From positions 84,110,737-84,174,736 of the forward strand of contig NC_068984.1 of the NCBI RefSeq assembly GCF_001194135.2: 64,000 nt of DNA, given 5' to 3'. The DNA comes from Octopus bimaculoides. Taxonomy: Eukaryota. Below the pieces are notes generated by a model, which saw nothing but the letters and a program-made list of their open reading frames with translations, ran no database searches and was not told the origin of the DNA. Positions 58,231-64,000 of this stretch are shown piece by piece (the stretch's first letter is position 1; every line of letters starts with the position of its first letter). Both the position numbers and the translations under genes were made by a program.

Positions 58231-59006
58231 AAGTTTATAGACAGCTTATTTCAAACTACATAATTCAATGTCATTCCTTTTTACCTAGTGATAGCAGGAT
58301 GTTATTTGAAAGAGATTTGACTGCTATTTCTTGCAGACAAAGCAACCACATGAAGGTGACCAGTTATGCATTCAGATGGAGTCAATTGACTACATTATTC
58401 TTCTCCAGATTTGTGACCTTAATTGATGATTCCATGGTGCTGGTGCCATGCAAAGCACCTTGTATACCCAGTAAATTTGTTAGTGCTGGGTGGGCTGTCC
58501 AGTCATAGAAAACATGTCAAACTAGACATGGGAGCTAAACACAGTCCCTCAGCTTGCTGGATCCTGTTGAACTATCCAATCTATGCTGGTATGGATGATG
58601 GATGTTAACTGCTGCTGTTGATGATGATGATGATGATGATGATGAGGAGGAGGATGAAGAAGACAAAGGGAAATATAAAAAAAGAACTCTTCAATAAAAA
58701 AAACAAATTATACTAAAATTAGGTTTCAAAGTGTGTTTTGTGAATAGATAGTCTGAGCTGAAATTATAAGCATTTTTCAATCGTAATTGCTAAGAGATTA
58801 AGACAGTTGATGTCTTTATATTTTGACCTAGATTCACCTGTGTCAAAAGATCTATAGGAATTCTTATGCCTTAGCAACCACTCACTTAAAGTACTTAGTT
58901 CTACCTCTTGTCAAAAAGGCAGCCATGACAAATCTGATATGCTGTCTCTCTCTCCTCTCTCTCTATATGCACTCACACACACACGCACACACATTATTAT
59001 CATTGA

Positions 59007-59695
59007 CATAGTTGTGTGGTTAAGAAGTTCACTTTGCAACCACATAATTTCAGGTTTAGTCCCACTGTGCAGCACCTTAGGCAAGTGTCTTCTATTATAA
59101 CCTCAGGCTGATCAATGTTCTGTGAATGAATTTGATTGATGGAGACTGAAGATTTGTTGCATGTAATACAGTGATTCTCAATCATTTTTTACCTGTAGAT
59201 TCCTTTGATTATTGTTTTACTCTGGTAGACCCCATAGCTTCTTGATGTTTGAAAACTAGTTTTGTAGATATTCCTTTCAAAATTCCTATTTTGTTTTTAA
59301 CACATTAACTTGTGTAGATTAAACTATTTAACATGTTAGAGAAAGAAACCTAACTGTTTCTTCCACTAAATACATCTAAATAAGAATGTTTTTATGAATC
59401 CTTAATATACTACCGTGTGTACCCAATTTACAGTTTTGCTTGCATGGATCCCACAAATCTTATATGAACCCCCAGGGGCCAATGGATCCTGGTTGAGAAC
59501 CACTGATGTAATATCAATGTATGTTATGTGTTTTGTGCTGGTTTGTTCACATCTCCATAACTTAGTGTTTCAGCAAAAAGAAACAACAGAATAAGTACCA
59601 GACCTAAAATGGCGTCAATTTAAATAGCTAAACCCTTCACGGCAGTGCTCCAGCATGGCTGCAGTCCAATGACTGAAACAAGTAATCAAATAAAG
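59007..59695 (+). mobile_element. SINE family A copy split by a hAT MITE
   Basis: Head 59007-59160 and body 59515-59695 flank the MITE. Confidence 0.75.
59169..59505. mobile_element. hAT MITE, 337 bp, perfect 8-bp TSD
   Basis: TIRs CAGTGATTCTCAA and TTGAGAACCACTG; flanks ATGTAATA on both sides (59161-59168, 59506-59513). Confidence 0.9.
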
Positions 59696-62600
59696 AACAT
59701 TCCATTAAAACAACAACACAGACTGGTCTGTACTGATGAGAAACAGATATTTTCGGTAAGAAAGTATTCGAAACATGTTTACAGATAATTGTATTTTTTT
59801 GTGTAATTTTCACTGGTCTTGCCCAATTACGTTTTTGTTACCTCGCTAAATTCCCTTTGTGAATGTTGGTGTGTTTCCATCCTCATAACTTAGTGGTTTG
59901 GTAAAAAGAGACCAATACAATAAGTACCAGGCTTACAAAGAATAAGTCTTGGGGTCAATCTGTTTGACTAAAGGTGGTGCTCCAGCATGGCCACAGTCAA
60001 ATGACTGGAACAAGTAAAAGAGAGAGTGTGTGTGTGTGTGTATTTGTGTTTTGACATTATTTGACAGGTTTTCAGTCATAAAAGTAGTGACATTAACTCT
60101 GTGGGAACATGTCTGGCCATTGGGAAATATTACCTTACTTGGAAACAGGTGAGGGTTGGCAAGAGAAAGGGTATTCAGCTGTAGAAATTCTGCCTCAATA
60201 AGAACTCCATCCGACCCATGCAGGCTTGGAAAAGTGGATGTTAAAATGATGTGGTGATGATAAATAACTGCCAGATTTGATCTCTTAAACCAATGGAATA
60301 AATACAAGAAAGCATTTACTCTGACAATGTTGGCTCAGCCTTCTCCACTCACTGCAGACATGAATATATTTAATATTGTAACAGATCAAAGGTTAAACAC
60401 AGCCTAGGTATGATAAAGAAAAACAACATTGTGAAGATTTGGTTGGGTTAGCATAATTTATTCAGCGCTTAATAAATCTAGAGTTGTGCATTTTGGTACA
60501 AAGGTAGAATACAAAATAGTTTTACAAAAAGCTGGGTTTTGGTTGGAGAAAGGGGTAGAGGTGGGGGGCAAAAAACAGGGCCTAGGTAATTTTAGAATTT
60601 CTTATGAAAGATATTCTAACAATCAAGTGACAGGATTACTGTGGACTTAATACAAGTTTTGAAAGCCAACATGTACCTGGTTGTAGCTTTGTTTTTGACT
60701 TCTAGATATTATTTTAAAAGGTATTTTTTGCATCAAAGAACTATATGGGCATTAGGGTATTAGTTGATTTGTTAGTAAAAATGTATTGAAAGGAGAAGGG
60801 AAGGCGTGCATGTGTGGTGGTAGTTACTCTGCTTCTGGGTTACTGTTTGCTGTCAACTGATGGGGTTTGTGTAAGCAATAAGGTTTGTTAGCTCTATTGT
60901 TGAATATATCTGGTCAGAAAAACATATCTACTTGCAACCTCTGTTTGTATTTAGCAATGTTAAAAGATTTAAAATGCTGAAGAAGAGTCAATGATACTAT
61001 CCTGAAACTATATCTTAGAGTAATTGACAAAGTAACCCAAAGAAAATTGAGAAGGCAATACACCATGAGACACAAGCAAGAAAAAATTATAGCCTCATGT
61101 TATTAGCAATTTTTTCATGAATTGGGAAGTAGAAGGGATCAAGATACTTTAATAAATAAATAAATGAAGTTAAATTGCTGTAAATATTCAAATGAAATAA
61201 ACAAATATTTGCATATTATTTCAAACTGTAGATTACCAATATGGGGATAGAATAGGATATTTTGATTTTTCAAATTTTTTATTCATATGTAAAATATGCC
61301 AGTCATATTGTGTTATAAGACAAATTATTCTTTTCTTACTCCAAATTCAATACAAGCCATCTTAGCAGACTGTAGACTGTCCATATCCCATACAGTGTGT
61401 AGGTTTCTATTATTAAAGACTCTAAAACCAAAGTAATAAAAACTGAGAGTTGCTTTCAATTTCAATAACACCAATTTCTTTAATGTGAAGGCTAATTCTC
61501 TATTTCTTATCAATGTTTTCTGGTAGCAAGAGATATTAGTGAGGGACAGAGTTGGGTCAACAAATGTTAGTAAAATTAGAATAAATCCATTTTCAAAATT
61601 TAAAGAAAAAAAGGAAAATCTTCTTTGCAATCATCTGGATGTCTGGGTGACTAGCAGATGTGCTGAAAACAAAAATTAAGGGACCATAGACCACCTATAT
61701 ACAAATAATGTCAAACATTTCAATAGGTGGTTAAAACATAAAAGGTTTATGAAAAATATTTCAATGAAAATAAAGTTTGATAATAAATGGATTTTCTCTA
61801 AATAAATAAATAGATAAATAAATAAATAAATAAAATAAAAATAAACATTGAAAAATGTTTTAAGACTTAGCCAAATGAAAGGTGATTCTTGGAGTTTTTG
61901 GTGGGAATATATGTATTGGTAAAAAAGAAATTCAAATGTCTTTAACAGTGTGTGTGTATGAGAGAAAGAGTGAGTGAGTGAGAGAGAGAGAGAAAGATGG
62001 GGGGGGGTCTCTCATTTTTTATTACTGATATCAATATTTGATTGTTTCTATCCTACAAAGTAGCTAATTGTTTTTTTAACATAAACCAAAATAATTACTT
62101 TGGAGAGAAATAAATGTATTTCTAAGAAAAACCCAATATATTACACATATTGACCAAAGATTCCTGAGAACAGGACTAAATTCATATAAAATATTTCATT
62201 ATTCTAACTATTGTATCAAGTTTATATGAAGAAGTTCAACATATTGTCCACTGGGACAGTACCACAAATAATGTTTATTATCTCTGAAGACTTAGGGCAA
62301 TTTCTAGCTGGGATTTCTTGCCATTGATATAGTGATTGGAAATCTAGAAGTTGGGTTAAAGTACATGTATATTTTCACACAAGTTTTATATACACTCTTA
62401 AGGCACTTGCTTAACTTCAACTTTAGGGGTTTGAAACAGAGAATTAAAAGTTCGAAAGAAATATACTAGTACAAATATTTAAAAAAACAGATTATTTTCC
62501 AAGTATTGTGTAGAAGTTCCTAAGTTTAAAAGATATCTTTGAAAGTTATGACAACATTACAAATTTAAATGATCGCTAAACTTCTATTTTTAAAGGAAAA

Positions 62601-64000
62601 GAAAAAATACATTTGAAAATTTTCAAGTAATGTAAAATGAACCAATACATTAACCAAACAGTTTAGCAAAAGCTTTATGTACTTAAAATATTTAACAGTA
62701 ATATTAGAATAAAAGAACTACCACAACCAATATCCAAGAATTAACTCAACATCACTGGCTATTCTTAATAAAAGTGAACACGGTCCACTTGTAATAAATG
62801 ATAAGTGAAGAAAATTCACTTGCAAAAATTAAATAAAAAATATTTTTCAAAGAAAAAAAGCTTGAAATTCTGACATCTGATTAATTTTGATTAAAATTAA
62901 ACAGAAGTGAATTATTTCAGCAACAAATATTTACACCCATGGAATTTTCTGTTCCCCACAAAAATATAACCAGCTTTGAACAGAATCAAAGTGTTTACTT
63001 ATAAAACCATGGACAAATTTTTCTTTTAAATTAAAAAAATATAAAAGTCCCAAGTGTTGTTGATATGTTGTAAAGTAATGTTTTAAAAGGGGAAACTGGA
63101 AGAAATCTTTTGAATTACCAGACTTAGAAACAGTAATAAAACTATGTAGCCTTACAAATTAATATTGCATAACAATTCTAAGATTATATGGAGGATAAAT
63201 TGGAATCCTGAAGTCTACCCTAAGAACATTAGCTATATTAGTAAAGTGATATTTTAACTGGAAATTGGCTGGATTACGGATTATATATACATACAGTATC
63301 CACTCTAATCATAGACAACTCAGATCTAACTTAACTCAAGTAGTCTGAGTTAAAGAAACTAGTCTAATTCACTTTTTCTATAATAGAGAACAACAGTAAA
63401 ACTAGTGAAAGATTACACGTTATAATTGCATCGATGAGAAAGCTTTCCTGCAATTATTACTCTTCATTCATCAGTCCATTTCCTATAAAAGAGGAAATTA
63501 ATATTGGAATGCACTGGATATAGAATTCTTAGTAAAAAATACAATAAAGTTTCTCATTGCTGCACATCAGACTAAAGATGGGAATCAGCTTTATTCTCTG
63601 TAATTAGTTATTATGAAGAACAAAATTACCCAACATGATTTTATAATAAATAAAAGCAGTAAAGCAGTTTATTTTCTTCCTGTGTGTAAATTGCTACACA
63701 TAACAACACTTGGATTAAAATACAAATTTTTCCACCGGAATGATATATTCTGGAATTATAAAACATTTGATGTCTCCAAAGGGACATCAAGAACCAAAGA
63801 AAAATATTAAAAAAAAAAAATAAATAAAAAATTTGCGTGATTAGTCCTGAAACTGTTTAAAATTGACTGCACTTCTCTTCAACGTGCATGACCCAAGTTT
63901 TACTATTGTATTCACTGCAGATTTGACTAGGATCCATGTAGATGATATACATTCATATATGCATGTGTGTGTTTATATATGTATGTATACATATGTAAAT

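Overview
AT-rich animal genomic DNA. The SINE/LINE content and microsatellite density point to a coleoid cephalopod, most likely Octopus; this is inferred from repeat families, not proven. The window holds two spliced genes arranged head-to-head, with start codons only about 290 bp apart. On the minus strand is nucleoporin NDC1 (TMEM48): six exons reconstructed (30934-30981, 10543-10645, 6305-6406, 3593-3764, 1116-1239, 1-55), running off the window start, with a 20.3 kb first intron. On the plus strand is a complete single-PDZ TAX1BP3/TIP-1-like gene: four exons (31271-31312, 42347-42499, 50109-50186, 51439-51639), 157 aa, with a Q/Y-rich tail. All reconstructed junctions are GT-AG and phase-compatible. 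The rest is intronic or intergenic: several tRNA-SINE families, RTE and CR1/Jockey-like LINE relics, Tc1/mariner relics, hAT MITEs with 8-bp target-site duplications, a fold-back element, mini/microsatellites and four assembly gaps. Most ORFs in the supplied track are spurious. The best leads are a near-perfect 50-bp-arm hairpin with a single A-C mismatch in the NDC1 pre-mRNA, a CpG-retaining island with an in-frame candidate alternative first exon inside NDC1 intron 2, the bidirectional promoter, an Sm-site/hairpin RNA-like segment, and a decayed C2H2-like repeat block. I found no convincing novel multi-gene system; the leads are hypotheses.
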